Made by a program: the position numbers and the translations under genes
Notes under the pieces: generated by a model
What the model was told of the DNA's origin: nothing
The model's database searches: none
What the model saw: the letters and a program-made list of their open reading frames with translations, nothing else
Shown here: positions 20,193-29,181 of the stretch, piece by piece
How the letters are laid out: every line of letters starts with the position of its first letter
Numbering within the stretch: position 1 is the first letter of the stretch
NCBI GenBank assembly: GCA_041649135.1
Contig: JBAZNQ010000001.1
Coordinates: 163,037 to 227,036, forward strand
Source: Patescibacteria group bacterium
Lineage (GTDB): Bacteria; Patescibacteriota; Kazan-3B-28
Length of the DNA: 64,000 bases
Reading direction: 5' to 3'

Positions 20193-21722
20193 ATGCGTAC
20201 TTCAGACACAACAGAGCAGGAGAACAAAAGGGGCATTATTTACTGCCGCGTATCATCAAAAGACCAACTAGAGGGAACCAGCCTAGAAACACAAGAGCGA
20301 TTCTCTACCGAATACGCAATTAATCATGGTATCAAGGTTATTAAGGTTTTTGTCGAACGAGGGGAAAGCGCAAAAACAGCCAATAGAACGGAGTTTAATA
20401 AAGCATTAGCTTTTTGTACTGATAAGAAAAATAAGATTCAGTATTTCATTGTTTATAAACTAGATCGATTTGCTCGCAATCAAGATGATCATGTCACTGT
20501 AAAAGCGATACTACGCCGTGCGGAGGTAGAATTGAGATCCGTCACGGAACCGATTGACCAAACTCCAATTGGCCGTGCCATGGAGGGAGTGCTATCTGTA
20601 TTCGCTGAATTTGATAACAATGTTAGAACCGAGCGTACTAAACAAGGTATGCTAGAGCGCGTCCAAGAGGGAATGTGGGTATGGCCGACTCCATTGGGTT
20701 ATTGCAGACCATTCAAGGGCTCTAATATTACACCAGAACCAGAAGTATCTCCTTTAATTCGATTGGGGTTTGAAGAGTATTCAAAGGGAATCTACACCTA
20801 CAAAAGCTTGGCCAAATTTTTGTCTGACCGAGGGTTGAGAACCAGAGGCGGATATCTGCCCTCTCATCAATTCATAGATAAAATGATAAAAAATCCAATT
20901 TACAAAGGATTTATAGAAGCATGGGGTGGACACAAGGGATCGTTCGAAGCAATCGTGTCAGAGGAGCTATTTGATTCGTGCCAAGTAAGCCGTAAGGGTT
21001 TATCACACAAAGCCCCTAGGATGTCCAGAAACCCCCTATTCCCTTTGCGAGGAGTTATATGTAAGGAGTGTTCCAGTCCGATCACTGGTAGCAAATCCAC
21101 GGGCAATAGTGGCAAGAAATATCCCTATTATCATCACCCACATCAGCATTGCTCTCTGGCACAATCAGTCCCAAAAGAGAACTTTGAACAACTATTCGTC
21201 GAGTTTTTGAACAACATTACCCCAGACCACCAATATGAGAAGTTATTCAAAGCAGTGGTGTTGGACATTTGGCAAAACAATTACAAAAGGTTTGACGAGG
21301 ACAATGCCAGAGTTCGAAGAGAAATCGCAAAGTTGGAACAAGAACGTCAAAAGGTTTTTGATCTTCACAGAACAGGGATATATACAGACAGCGAGTTTGA
21401 TGAGCAGAGAAACTTCATTAATCGAATGATAGATGAAAAACGTCTTCTGGTTCACGAAAAGGCAGTAGAAGAATTTGATATGGAAGAGGCTCTAAACTAT
21501 TGCTTCAACTTTATCAAACAAACCTCTAAAACATGGCTTGAAGCTGATTTCCCTCACAAATTACAGTTTCAGAAATTGATATTTAAGGGGAATATCGAAT
21601 TTGATGGAAAAAAGTTTGGAACCACCAAATTGTCAGCTCTGTATGCTCTAAATCGAGAATATTCTGGTGAAAAATCCCATTTGGTAGCGCCACGGGGAAT
21701 CGAACCCCGGTTACAAGAATGA
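20193..21722 (+). CDS. large serine recombinase (resolvase/invertase catalytic domain + recombinase domain + zinc ribbon)
   Basis: catalytic-serine context IIYCRVSSKDQ; resolvase core (YKLDRFARN); Cys/His cluster (CKECSSP...HHPHQHC); C-terminal 41 nt overlap the tRNA-Glu gene antisense. Confidence 0.8.
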   Translation: MRTSDTTEQENKRGIIYCRVSSKDQLEGTSLETQERFSTEYAINHGIKVIKVFVERGESAKTANRTEFNKALAFCTDKKNKIQYFIVYKLDRFARNQDDHVTVKAILRRAEVELRSVTEPIDQTPIGRAMEGVLSVFAEFDNNVRTERTKQGMLERVQEGMWVWPTPLGYCRPFKGSNITPEPEVSPLIRLGFEEYSKGIYTYKSLAKFLSDRGLRTRGGYLPSHQFIDKMIKNPIYKGFIEAWGGHKGSFEAIVSEELFDSCQVSRKGLSHKAPRMSRNPLFPLRGVICKECSSPITGSKSTGNSGKKYPYYHHPHQHCSLAQSVPKENFEQLFVEFLNNITPDHQYEKLFKAVVLDIWQNNYKRFDEDNARVRREIAKLEQERQKVFDLHRTGIYTDSEFDEQRNFINRMIDEKRLLVHEKAVEEFDMEEALNYCFNFIKQTSKTWLEADFPHKLQFQKLIFKGNIEFDGKKFGTTKLSALYALNREYSGEKSHLVAPRGIEPRLQE

Positions 21723-21756
21723 GAATCTTGCGTCCTAACCGTTAGACGATGGCGCC
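21682..21756 (-). tRNA. tRNA-Glu (anticodon CUC)
   Basis: reverse complement GGCGCCATCGTCTAACGGTTAGGACGCAAGATTCTCATTCTTGTAACCGGGGTTCGATTCCCCGTGGCGCTACCA folds as a cloverleaf (D arm GTCT/GGAC, anticodon stem CAAGA/TCTTG with loop TTCTCAT, T arm CGGGG-TTCGATT-CCCCG, encoded CCA); close to the E. coli tRNA-Glu pattern. Confidence 0.8.
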
Positions 21757-21831
21757 CTAACAACTTAATTATAGCAGTATCAGCCCGCCATCTTTGATAC
21801 ACTAAAATCGTATACCTGTCTAATCTTTACT

Positions 21832-22083
21832 ATGTTTGGAGAAGGCATTCACAACCCAATTCCAGCAGAAGAGCCAGCCAAGATCGAAACTCCTGAAACC
21901 GAACCGACAGTGCAACCACCCGCTCTTTTTGATTACGCCTGTACACTAAACCCCAAATCGGGTGAGTTTACTTATCCCACCAACATCCCGCCGAACGGAT
22001 ACGTTCACTATATCGGTCCCGACGGTTGGCATGTTACTAACGATCCGGACCGAATAGCGGAAGCAGAGCTGTGGCGAAACTAA
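21832..22083 (+). CDS. small hypothetical protein
   Basis: 83-aa Pro-rich ORF; no RBS; weak. Confidence 0.25.
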   Translation: MFGEGIHNPIPAEEPAKIETPETEPTVQPPALFDYACTLNPKSGEFTYPTNIPPNGYVHYIGPDGWHVTNDPDRIAEAELWRN

Positions 22084-22120
22084 AGTTCGTTGCCCCAATA
22101 TTCCGCCTCTTACTAAATCC

Positions 22121-22173
22121 TAGATCCCAGATACTAGATACTAGATGCTAATCCCTAGATACTAAATGCTAAT
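22121..22173 (+). repeat. heptamer-periodic tract (TAGATRC-like) including a tandem duplication of the nfo start region
   Basis: tagatactagatgctaat (22135-22152) and tagatactaaATGctaat (22156-22173), 17 of 18 identical; the second copy contains the nfo start codon. Confidence 0.7.
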
Positions 22174-23017
22174 AGGTTATCATGTTTCAACTAGTGGGGG
22201 ATTGTACAAAGCCTTTCAAGAAGCTGAAGCTTTAGATTGTACCGCTATCCAAATTTTTGTTGGCAGTCCTCAAATGTGGAATACACCAACCATTTCTGCT
22301 AAGAATGTGGAAAAATTTAAACAGGCTTGGAAAAAATCCAAAGTCAAAAAAGTTCTTGTCCATGCTGCTTATTTGCCTAACCCGTCTAGCCACAAAGCCA
22401 GTTTACGCAATTTTAGTCTCAAAAAAATGAAAGATGAAATAAAGATCGCTTACGCGATTGATGCTGATGGCTACAATTTTCATTGCGGCAGTAATCAGGA
22501 CGGCAACCAAGCTGGCACACTCAATGCCATTCATACTTTGAACCGCCTGGCTGAATTAACTGATGAAAAATGGCCGGTCAAACTCATCATTGAAAGCGAT
22601 GCTGGTGCTGGTAATCGAATTGGCGACACCATTGAGGAACTAGGTATCATTTGGAAAGGATTAAAAAACAAAACACGTTTTGGCTTTACTTTAGATACGT
22701 GTCATATGTTCGTTTCAGGCATTGATGTCCGAACCAAGAAAAATGTACAGGAAATTTTGAGCAAATTTGATAAACTCATCGGACTAGACCATCTCCACTT
22801 CATTCACGCCAACGATGCTTTGTTTGGACTCGGCTCCAAAAAAGATCGCCATGCTAACATTGGCCAAGGTGAAATTGGTCAAACTGCTTTCAAATATTGG
22901 TTGAAGTCTCCCAAATTGAAAAAAGTTGCCTTTATTTTAGAAACCCCCCGCTCCGGTAACCTTAAACAAGACCTCCAAGATATTCTTCTACTCAAAAAAC
23001 TCGCCCGCTCCAAGTGA
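22166..23017 (+). CDS. nfo: endonuclease IV (AP endonuclease family 2)
   Basis: TIM-barrel Nfo pattern (IGYHVSTSGG, metal-binding His/Asp/Glu positions HxH, DTCH, LETP). Confidence 0.85.
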   Translation: MLIGYHVSTSGGLYKAFQEAEALDCTAIQIFVGSPQMWNTPTISAKNVEKFKQAWKKSKVKKVLVHAAYLPNPSSHKASLRNFSLKKMKDEIKIAYAIDADGYNFHCGSNQDGNQAGTLNAIHTLNRLAELTDEKWPVKLIIESDAGAGNRIGDTIEELGIIWKGLKNKTRFGFTLDTCHMFVSGIDVRTKKNVQEILSKFDKLIGLDHLHFIHANDALFGLGSKKDRHANIGQGEIGQTAFKYWLKSPKLKKVAFILETPRSGNLKQDLQDILLLKKLARSK

Positions 23018-23263
23018 CAAAACCAGCAAAGAGCGTCTAATACTTAGTATCAAAAAGTTGGTGTATCTAAAAACCGGTGTATCTCAAAGTCGGTAATGAG
23101 TAACAACTCCAGCCCGTTGAGTTCTGCGACCGCTAATTTGAACGGGCTAGCCAAGAGAAAGTAATCCCGCTTAAATGATAAAATCGTAGCGCCGTAACCC
23201 TACGACCGTCTTCTGATTGGTAATTACCCGATATTTTAGTGATATAATCGAATTGGTACTTGT

Positions 23264-23340
23264 CCCGTTAGAAATTTAACGGGCAGTCTGAACCAGCGAG
23301 AACCCAGCTCTAGGCATACCAAGCACAAATTTCTAACGGA
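23264..23340 (+). promoter_or_regulatory. 5' leader with hairpin and a distal copy of its arm adjacent to the start codon (possible translational riboregulator)
   Basis: TATAAT at 23243-23248; CCCGTTA-gaaatt-TAACGGG hairpin (23264-23283); AAATTTCTAACGG (23328-23340) is the exact reverse complement of 23265-23277 and ends 1 nt before ATG 23341. Confidence 0.35.
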
Positions 23341-23658
23341 ATGGATAATCAAATCGTCAACGCCGTTATCGATACTGCCACTGACCAGGCCAAACAAGCA
23401 GCCAATACCGCCGCTCAAGGTATCTTTGAGCGGATTTTTAATGCTTACAATGCGTTTGTCGGAATGTTCCCCGATGGATTTCAATGGGTAGTTTCCCTAG
23501 TCCTCATCCTTGCTATTGCTTCCTTTCTTTTTAATCTCATCAAAAAGAACTGGCTCTGGATCATTCTCTTGGTCGTTATTTTCCCCGGCGTTCTACCGAT
23601 CTTGAAAAATATTTTCGATTCATTGACGGCCATGTTCATCGGCAAGCCGATGTCATAA
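23341..23658 (+). CDS. small membrane protein (two TM helices)
   Basis: 105-aa ORF; hydrophobic helices WVVSLVLILAIASFLF and LWIILLVVIFPGVLPIL. Confidence 0.4.
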   Translation: MDNQIVNAVIDTATDQAKQAANTAAQGIFERIFNAYNAFVGMFPDGFQWVVSLVLILAIASFLFNLIKKNWLWIILLVVIFPGVLPILKNIFDSLTAMFIGKPMS

Positions 23659-23910
23659 ATTTTTCATTTCATTCTGATAAATTCACCCAGGGGGTAAGGT
23701 ACCCATGTTGCTTCGTAGGTAGTTGTACCCTCCCATCGTCCATTCCCATCTTCACTTCCCGGTCTCAAGAGCAATTTTACGAACAGTAGGCGAAATTGGC
23801 TGCTGTTTCTGTGCTTTTGTCGGCTGGATGGCGGGATGGGTAACATATGGTTTCTTCCAATTGGTCCAGTCTGTTCTAGAAGTACTGGAGTCAGTATTCT
23901 GGAGAAACCA

Positions 23911-23948
23911 AAAAAGCGGCCGGCAGTAATGCTTAGGCCGCTTTTCCT
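23911..23948. terminator. bidirectional rho-independent terminator
   Basis: AAAAGCGGCC-(14-nt loop)-GGCCGCTTTT. Confidence 0.6.
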
Positions 23949-24042
23949 ATATCCTAGATATTTTGGTATGCTGGAAGAGATTTTTCCCTCATCTAGCTGA
24001 TATTTTGGCTATTGGTGATTGATTATTGGTTATTAACTCTTT

Positions 24043-25476
24043 ATGGCTAACACTAGAATTTTCATCTCCGACACCCCCAACCACATTGGCGAGACCATTA
24101 CTGTTTATGGCTGGATCCACAGCAAACGGGTAATGGGCCAGACCGTGTTTATCGATCTCCGCGACAGCTCTGGTTTAGTCCAAGTCGTGTTTGGTGAGGA
24201 GATGAGATCATCCATCGAAACAGTCAAGCCAGAATCGGTGGTTATGATTACTGGTGAAGTTGTCGAACGGGGAGGCAAAAATATCAACGAAAAAATTACT
24301 ACCGGCAAAATTGAAATTCAAGGCAAGGGTATTGAGGTAAAAAACGAATCTTTAACTCCGCCATTTGAAATTAGTCAGGAAAATGTAATAGACGAAGAAA
24401 CCCGTCTAAAATATCGCTATCTCGATCTCCGCCACGAACGCATGCACCAAAATCTCATCATGCGTCACAAAATTATTGCCTTTATCCGCGGATTTTTGGA
24501 TAACCGCCAATTTGTCGAAGTGGAAACACCGTTACTATCTGCTCCCACCCCCGAAGGCGCTCGCGACTTTTTGGTACCCAGTCGTAAATATAAGGGTTCA
24601 TTTTATGCATTGCCGCAAGCTCCTCAACAATATAAACAACTGCTGATGGTAGCTGGGTTGGAGAGATATTATCAAATTGCCAGATGTTTTCGCGATGAAG
24701 ATTCCCGCGGTGACCGTCAGCCAGAGTTTACCCAACTCGATTTAGAAATGTCATTTGTTGATCGTGAAGATGTCATCAAACTAAATGAAGAACTACTAAT
24801 TGATTTAGTTACTACTCTCTATCCCAACAAAAAAATCCAAACCACGCCTTTCCCCAAGCTAACTTATGCGGAAGTTATGGAAAAATATGGCACCGACCGT
24901 CCTGACTTGCGGAAAGACAAGAATGACCCCGACCTGTTAGCATTTTGCTGGATTACTGATTTCCCATTCTTTGAGCGTGTCGAGAGCGACCGTCCCGATT
25001 CTGCTGAACAGCAGAACGAGGGGAAAACCAAGTGGACGTTCACCCACAATCCATTCTCTGCACCGCTTGAAACATCAACCAAAGATCTATTGGATGGTAA
25101 AAATATCGACAAGATTATTTCTGCTCAATATGACATTGCGCTAAATGGTTTTGAAATCGGCGGCGGTAGTATCCGTAACCATAAACCCGACGCTCTGTTA
25201 GCCGCTCTAAAGATCATGGGGTATGACACAAAAAAAGCGGAAGCCGATTTTGGCCATCTGCTTGAAGCTTTTCGATATGGCGCTCCACCCCATGGCGGTA
25301 TCGCTTGGGGACTTGACCGACTGGTAATGATCCTTCAAAACGAACCCAATATCCGTGAAGTGATCGCTTTCCCCAAGACTGACAAAGGCCGCGACCCAAT
25401 GATGGATTCCCCGCGAGAAGTTGATACCGCCACTCTCAACGAATTAGGCTTAACGCTTAAGAGAACGAAAAGTTAA
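24043..25476 (+). CDS. aspS: aspartyl-tRNA synthetase, short archaeal/non-discriminating type (no GAD insertion)
   Basis: OB-fold anticodon-binding N-terminus; class II motifs (FRDEDSRGDRQPEFTQLD, GGGSIR, GLDRLVM); 477 aa; contains an in-frame palindromic insert at 24994-25023. Confidence 0.9.
   Translation: MANTRIFISDTPNHIGETITVYGWIHSKRVMGQTVFIDLRDSSGLVQVVFGEEMRSSIETVKPESVVMITGEVVERGGKNINEKITTGKIEIQGKGIEVKNESLTPPFEISQENVIDEETRLKYRYLDLRHERMHQNLIMRHKIIAFIRGFLDNRQFVEVETPLLSAPTPEGARDFLVPSRKYKGSFYALPQAPQQYKQLLMVAGLERYYQIARCFRDEDSRGDRQPEFTQLDLEMSFVDREDVIKLNEELLIDLVTTLYPNKKIQTTPFPKLTYAEVMEKYGTDRPDLRKDKNDPDLLAFCWITDFPFFERVESDRPDSAEQQNEGKTKWTFTHNPFSAPLETSTKDLLDGKNIDKIISAQYDIALNGFEIGGGSIRNHKPDALLAALKIMGYDTKKAEADFGHLLEAFRYGAPPHGGIAWGLDRLVMILQNEPNIREVIAFPKTDKGRDPMMDSPREVDTATLNELGLTLKRTKS
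24994..25023. repeat. palindromic mini-insert CGATTCTGCTG-N-CAGCAGAACGAGGG, copy in aspS
   Basis: cccgattctgctgaacagcagaacgagggg encodes RPDSAEQQNEG in frame. Confidence 0.75.
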
Positions 25477-25537
25477 AAATGAATAGTGGATAACGATGGT
25501 GTCATAAGCGACGATTTTTTTATAATAAGTAATTTCC

Positions 25538-25572
25538 TTAACTGTTCACCATTAACTATTAACTTTTAACTG
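25538..25572 (+). repeat. TTAACT direct repeats (4 copies) directly upstream of the start codon
   Basis: ttaactg ttcacca ttaacta ttaactt ttaactg ttt ATG. Confidence 0.7.
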
Positions 25573-25575
25573 TTT

Positions 25576-26505
25576 ATGAGTAGTTTCGCTTTACTACTAG
25601 TTGTCCTGCGATTTTTTACCGGCGCACTTGATACCGCCCAACAACAATTGTTGGGAGTTTTTGACATTTTCTCTGGCAATCAAACAGTTGCCGATTTTGC
25701 CCAAAGCCTAAACTATCTTATTGGCCCAATCCGCAATTTAAGTTACGCCGATCTTGCTCTCGATACCAAAGCTGCCATTATTACTGATGTCCATAGTGGT
25801 CGAATTTTATATAGCAAAAACAGTACTACTCAACTTCCGATTGCCTCACTCACAAAAATCATGACCGCTCTAGTTGTCCTAGATCAGCACGGCGATCAAC
25901 TCAATACTGTCATTTCTGTCCCAGCAGAAGCAGTTAATGTTACCGGATCGAAGATGTCACTTTATGCCAACGAAAAAATTACTATTCATAATTTATTGAA
26001 AGGGATGTTAATTGAATCCGCCAACGACGCCGCAACTGCCTTGGCTTATACAATTAATGGTAATCCGAAAGATTTTGTAGCTAGCATGAATCAAAAGGCT
26101 GGTAGTCTTGGACTAATTGGCACTCACTTTACTAATCCAGTTGGTTTTGATGATGACCAACACTATTCCACCGCTGAAGATGTAGTCAAATTGGCTAGTG
26201 CCGCAATGGACAATAAAGTTTTTGCCGACATCGTTGCTACACCCAAAGCTACCGTCCGTGATGTTACCGGCAAATTCGTTCATCAGCTCATCACCACCAA
26301 TAAACTCCTTAGCCAGTATAAAAACGTCATTGGCATCAAGACCGGCACGACCGATGAGGCAGGTGAGTCATTAGTAGCCGCTGTAAGCGGTGATAGCGGC
26401 CAAACGGTCATCGTAGTACTCCTTGATAGCCCCAACCGTTTCCAGGAGGGTAAAAAGGCGCTAGACTGGGCTCTGAAAGCCTACTCTTGGATCGAACCTC
26501 TCTAA
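25576..26505 (+). CDS. D-alanyl-D-alanine carboxypeptidase (S11 family, PBP5/6-like)
   Basis: signal peptide; SxxK (ASLTK), SxN (ESAND), KTG (KTGTT) motifs. Confidence 0.7.
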   Translation: MSSFALLLVVLRFFTGALDTAQQQLLGVFDIFSGNQTVADFAQSLNYLIGPIRNLSYADLALDTKAAIITDVHSGRILYSKNSTTQLPIASLTKIMTALVVLDQHGDQLNTVISVPAEAVNVTGSKMSLYANEKITIHNLLKGMLIESANDAATALAYTINGNPKDFVASMNQKAGSLGLIGTHFTNPVGFDDDQHYSTAEDVVKLASAAMDNKVFADIVATPKATVRDVTGKFVHQLITTNKLLSQYKNVIGIKTGTTDEAGESLVAAVSGDSGQTVIVVLLDSPNRFQEGKKALDWALKAYSWIEPL

Positions 26506-26643
26506 GAACGACCAATTTCGAATTTCTAAATCCTAAACACTAAACAAACCCAAAATCAAAAATCTGAAATAAAAAAATGTTTAGGAAATTGTAATTTATG
26601 ATTTGTTTAGGATTTTGTATTTCGTGCTTATAATTTTATTGCT

Positions 26644-27978
26644 ATGTCCTATCTCGTTGCTATCGTCGGCCGACCCAATGTCGGCAAATCAACCTTGTTT
26701 AATCGCTTGATCGGAGAAAAGCGGGCGATTTTGGCTGAAGAACCGGGTACAACTCGAGATGTGTTATTTAGCAATGTTACTTGGAACAAAATTACTTTTA
26801 CTGTCGCCGATACGGCTGGCATTGAATTGGACAACAAATCCGAGCTGACCAAAAATGTTATGCTTCAGACCAAAGCTGCTCTCACCAGCGCTGATCTAAT
26901 TTTATTTCTGGTTAGCGCCAAAGAGGGGATTCACCCCGATGATCAAGCCGTTGCTAAATTAGTTCGCAAGCATAACAAGCCAATTCTATTGTTGATCAAT
27001 AAAACTGATAAAAAAGTTAGTCCAGATGTCATCGCCGATTTCCTTCGCCTTGGGTTCAAACAAACTTTTGAAACTTCCAGTATCACCGGCAAGGGCATTG
27101 GCGAAGTTTTAGATGAGACCGTTTTTCAATTAAATAAGATCAAGCGACCAATTGTTCCCACTGTCGTCGATGAAAATTTAATTCGGGTAGCTATTCTTGG
27201 TCGGCCCAACGTCGGTAAATCGACTTTATTCAATAAACTAATTGGCAAAGATCGTAGTCTGGTCAGTAAGATCGCCGGCACTACCCGCGACACTATTGAT
27301 GAACGAGTTGCCTTTGATGGTTGTACTTTAGAATTTGTCGATACCGCCGGCCTACGCCGACGTGGAAAAGTTGAAGTTGGAATTGAAAAATTCTCCAGCC
27401 TGCGGATGCTTCGCGCTGTCCAAGCTTCTGACATTTGTTTAGTTTTAATGGAAGCCGATGAAGGTGTCATCGCCCAAGATCAACACATTATCGAGATGGT
27501 GCTGGAGCTTAGCAAAAGCCCAATTTTAGTTGTTAACAAATGGGACTTGATCGAAAAGACTGGCAAAGTTACTGCCGACTACGATAAATATTTAAATCAA
27601 AAATATCGCTTCGCTACTTGGATCCCCAAAATTTATGTTTCCGCTTTAACCGGTCAACGTGTCGATAAAATTAAACAACTAGTTACTGACACTTGGACTC
27701 TCCGCAATATTCAGCTTACTGACGAAAAAATTAACGACATCATTAAACTAGCCGTCATCAAACGCACCCCGAGTGGTAAATATGTCACTCCCGTCGTTCA
27801 TTCCGCTCGTCAAGTCGCGACCAATCCGCCCAAAATCGAGCTAGTCGCTGATCATCCCGAAGGTCTTCACTTTACCTATCTTCGTTATTTAGAAAACAAA
27901 CTCCGTGAAACTTGGCCCCTGCCGGGTGTCCCGATTATCTTCGCCCCCCGTCCTCGTGCCCGCCACCAAAGAAAATAG
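26644..27978 (+). CDS. der: ribosome-associated GTPase Der (EngA)
   Basis: two tandem GTPase domains (GRPNVGKSTLFN twice, DTAG twice, NKxD twice) and a C-terminal KH-like domain. Confidence 0.9.
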   Translation: MSYLVAIVGRPNVGKSTLFNRLIGEKRAILAEEPGTTRDVLFSNVTWNKITFTVADTAGIELDNKSELTKNVMLQTKAALTSADLILFLVSAKEGIHPDDQAVAKLVRKHNKPILLLINKTDKKVSPDVIADFLRLGFKQTFETSSITGKGIGEVLDETVFQLNKIKRPIVPTVVDENLIRVAILGRPNVGKSTLFNKLIGKDRSLVSKIAGTTRDTIDERVAFDGCTLEFVDTAGLRRRGKVEVGIEKFSSLRMLRAVQASDICLVLMEADEGVIAQDQHIIEMVLELSKSPILVVNKWDLIEKTGKVTADYDKYLNQKYRFATWIPKIYVSALTGQRVDKIKQLVTDTWTLRNIQLTDEKINDIIKLAVIKRTPSGKYVTPVVHSARQVATNPPKIELVADHPEGLHFTYLRYLENKLRETWPLPGVPIIFAPRPRARHQRK

Positions 27979-28125
27979 TCGCGAGTCACGGGTATCGAGT
28001 TATGAGCGAGAGATATCCAAAATTTACTTTGTGAGAATGGTTTTTTTATTTGACACCAAAGTGCTGTTGGAACATAATATGCCCATCATAGGGGGCTCTG
28101 ATGCCCCTTACTTTGGAGGTGCACA

Positions 28126-28833
28126 ATGTCCGCGACACAATCACAGGACTTTGCGGATAAGGCAAGTTCAAGCAAGGGGCTTTCAGTAGCAGAAGTTCCA
28201 GCAAGAACTCTCATTCGCGTTACAACACTTAACAATACCTATGAGCTACTTGTTGTTGACCCCGCAACAAGCGGCATCTTGGTATGCAGTACTCATCCTC
28301 GCTGGCCCGGCCCATTGTTCTACAACACAGCTGGTGACCAGTTCACCGCTATTCCCATCGTAATCAAGGTGGGCAGCCGCCTGCGAATGCACAATCTCGA
28401 GAGTGACGAAGGTATCACAACTTCGAATGTACATTCAATCGAAATTGTGGAGGACGAGAAGCGTATTGGAGAAATCCTAGCTGCACGCGACAATCCCACA
28501 TCCGGCATTTCGGAAGAAGAGTTCGACAAGCAGAGGATGAACTCTGAAACCGAATTTCTGCCTGAGGCGGAACGTGATTGGGCACGGGATTTCCTCACCG
28601 AGTTTCTGTACTGCAGAGAGGGGTACTTTTTAATCTTGTCAGTTCTTCTGGCAGCCTATGAACACAACTGCTTATCGCAGGCGCGGGAATCGCTCAAGAA
28701 GGCTCACGACAAGCACTGGTACTTCCAGCATCCCGAAAGGCGCGGCCTGCTTCTGACTCCGAGCGACGAGAGCCATCTTGCAGAAGTTTACGCAGAGCTT
28801 GGCATCGAACCTCCAGGAAAATCCAAGAGCTAA
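28126..28833 (+). CDS. hypothetical protein (GC-rich)
   Basis: 235-aa ORF; no motif recognised; terminator follows. Confidence 0.4.
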   Translation: MSATQSQDFADKASSSKGLSVAEVPARTLIRVTTLNNTYELLVVDPATSGILVCSTHPRWPGPLFYNTAGDQFTAIPIVIKVGSRLRMHNLESDEGITTSNVHSIEIVEDEKRIGEILAARDNPTSGISEEEFDKQRMNSETEFLPEAERDWARDFLTEFLYCREGYFLILSVLLAAYEHNCLSQARESLKKAHDKHWYFQHPERRGLLLTPSDESHLAEVYAELGIEPPGKSKS

Positions 28834-28847
28834 CAACTGACTGTTCC

Positions 28848-28875
28848 CAGCCCCGGGGTTAAGGGGCTATTTTTA
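28848..28875 (+). terminator. rho-independent terminator
   Basis: AGCCCC-ggggttaa-GGGGCT followed by ATTTTTAT. Confidence 0.6.
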
Positions 28876-28913
28876 TACCAAAACTCTCTGATATAAGTTC
28901 CGACTTTATCATC

Positions 28914-28964
28914 GGCCATTGGAGCAAGGTCGTGATATTTCTATCCCCTTTGAGCCAATTGCGT
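28914..28964. repeat. dispersed repeat family 'GGCCATTGGAGC ... GAGCCAATTGCGT', copy 1
   Basis: matches 59313-59364 (GGCCATTGGAGC-N20-ATCCCCTT[T/C]GAGCCAATTGCGT). Confidence 0.7.
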
Positions 28965-29181
28965 TAGCCAATTAGAAAATCAGCCGGTATGGATAGCGTC
29001 TGTTTGACGACCGAAGGGAGGAGTATAGCGTATAGTCCAGAAAGGCTGATTTTCTATTTTGGCTAGTAATTGGTGAGCAGGGGTGTCTTTTTTGAGGCAC
29101 TTTTTGGACAAGCAAAAAGTGCCCATCCGATTAAACGGGGATGGGCCCGTTCAGAAAAGAAAAAATAAGTAAAATTAGGGG

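Larger units (their letters stand above)
11954..21756. mobile_element. putative integrated genomic island at tRNA-Glu (serine-recombinase-borne), about 9.8 kb
   Basis: every gene between the murA stop and tRNA-Glu is non-housekeeping or hypothetical; a large serine recombinase gene abuts and overlaps the tRNA 3' end; a degenerate copy of the tRNA T-arm region (GGGGGAATCACCCTGGGTT, 11954-11972, vs GGGGAATCGAACCCCGGTT) lies just after murA; an orphan terminator sits at 12151-12180. Confidence 0.5.
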
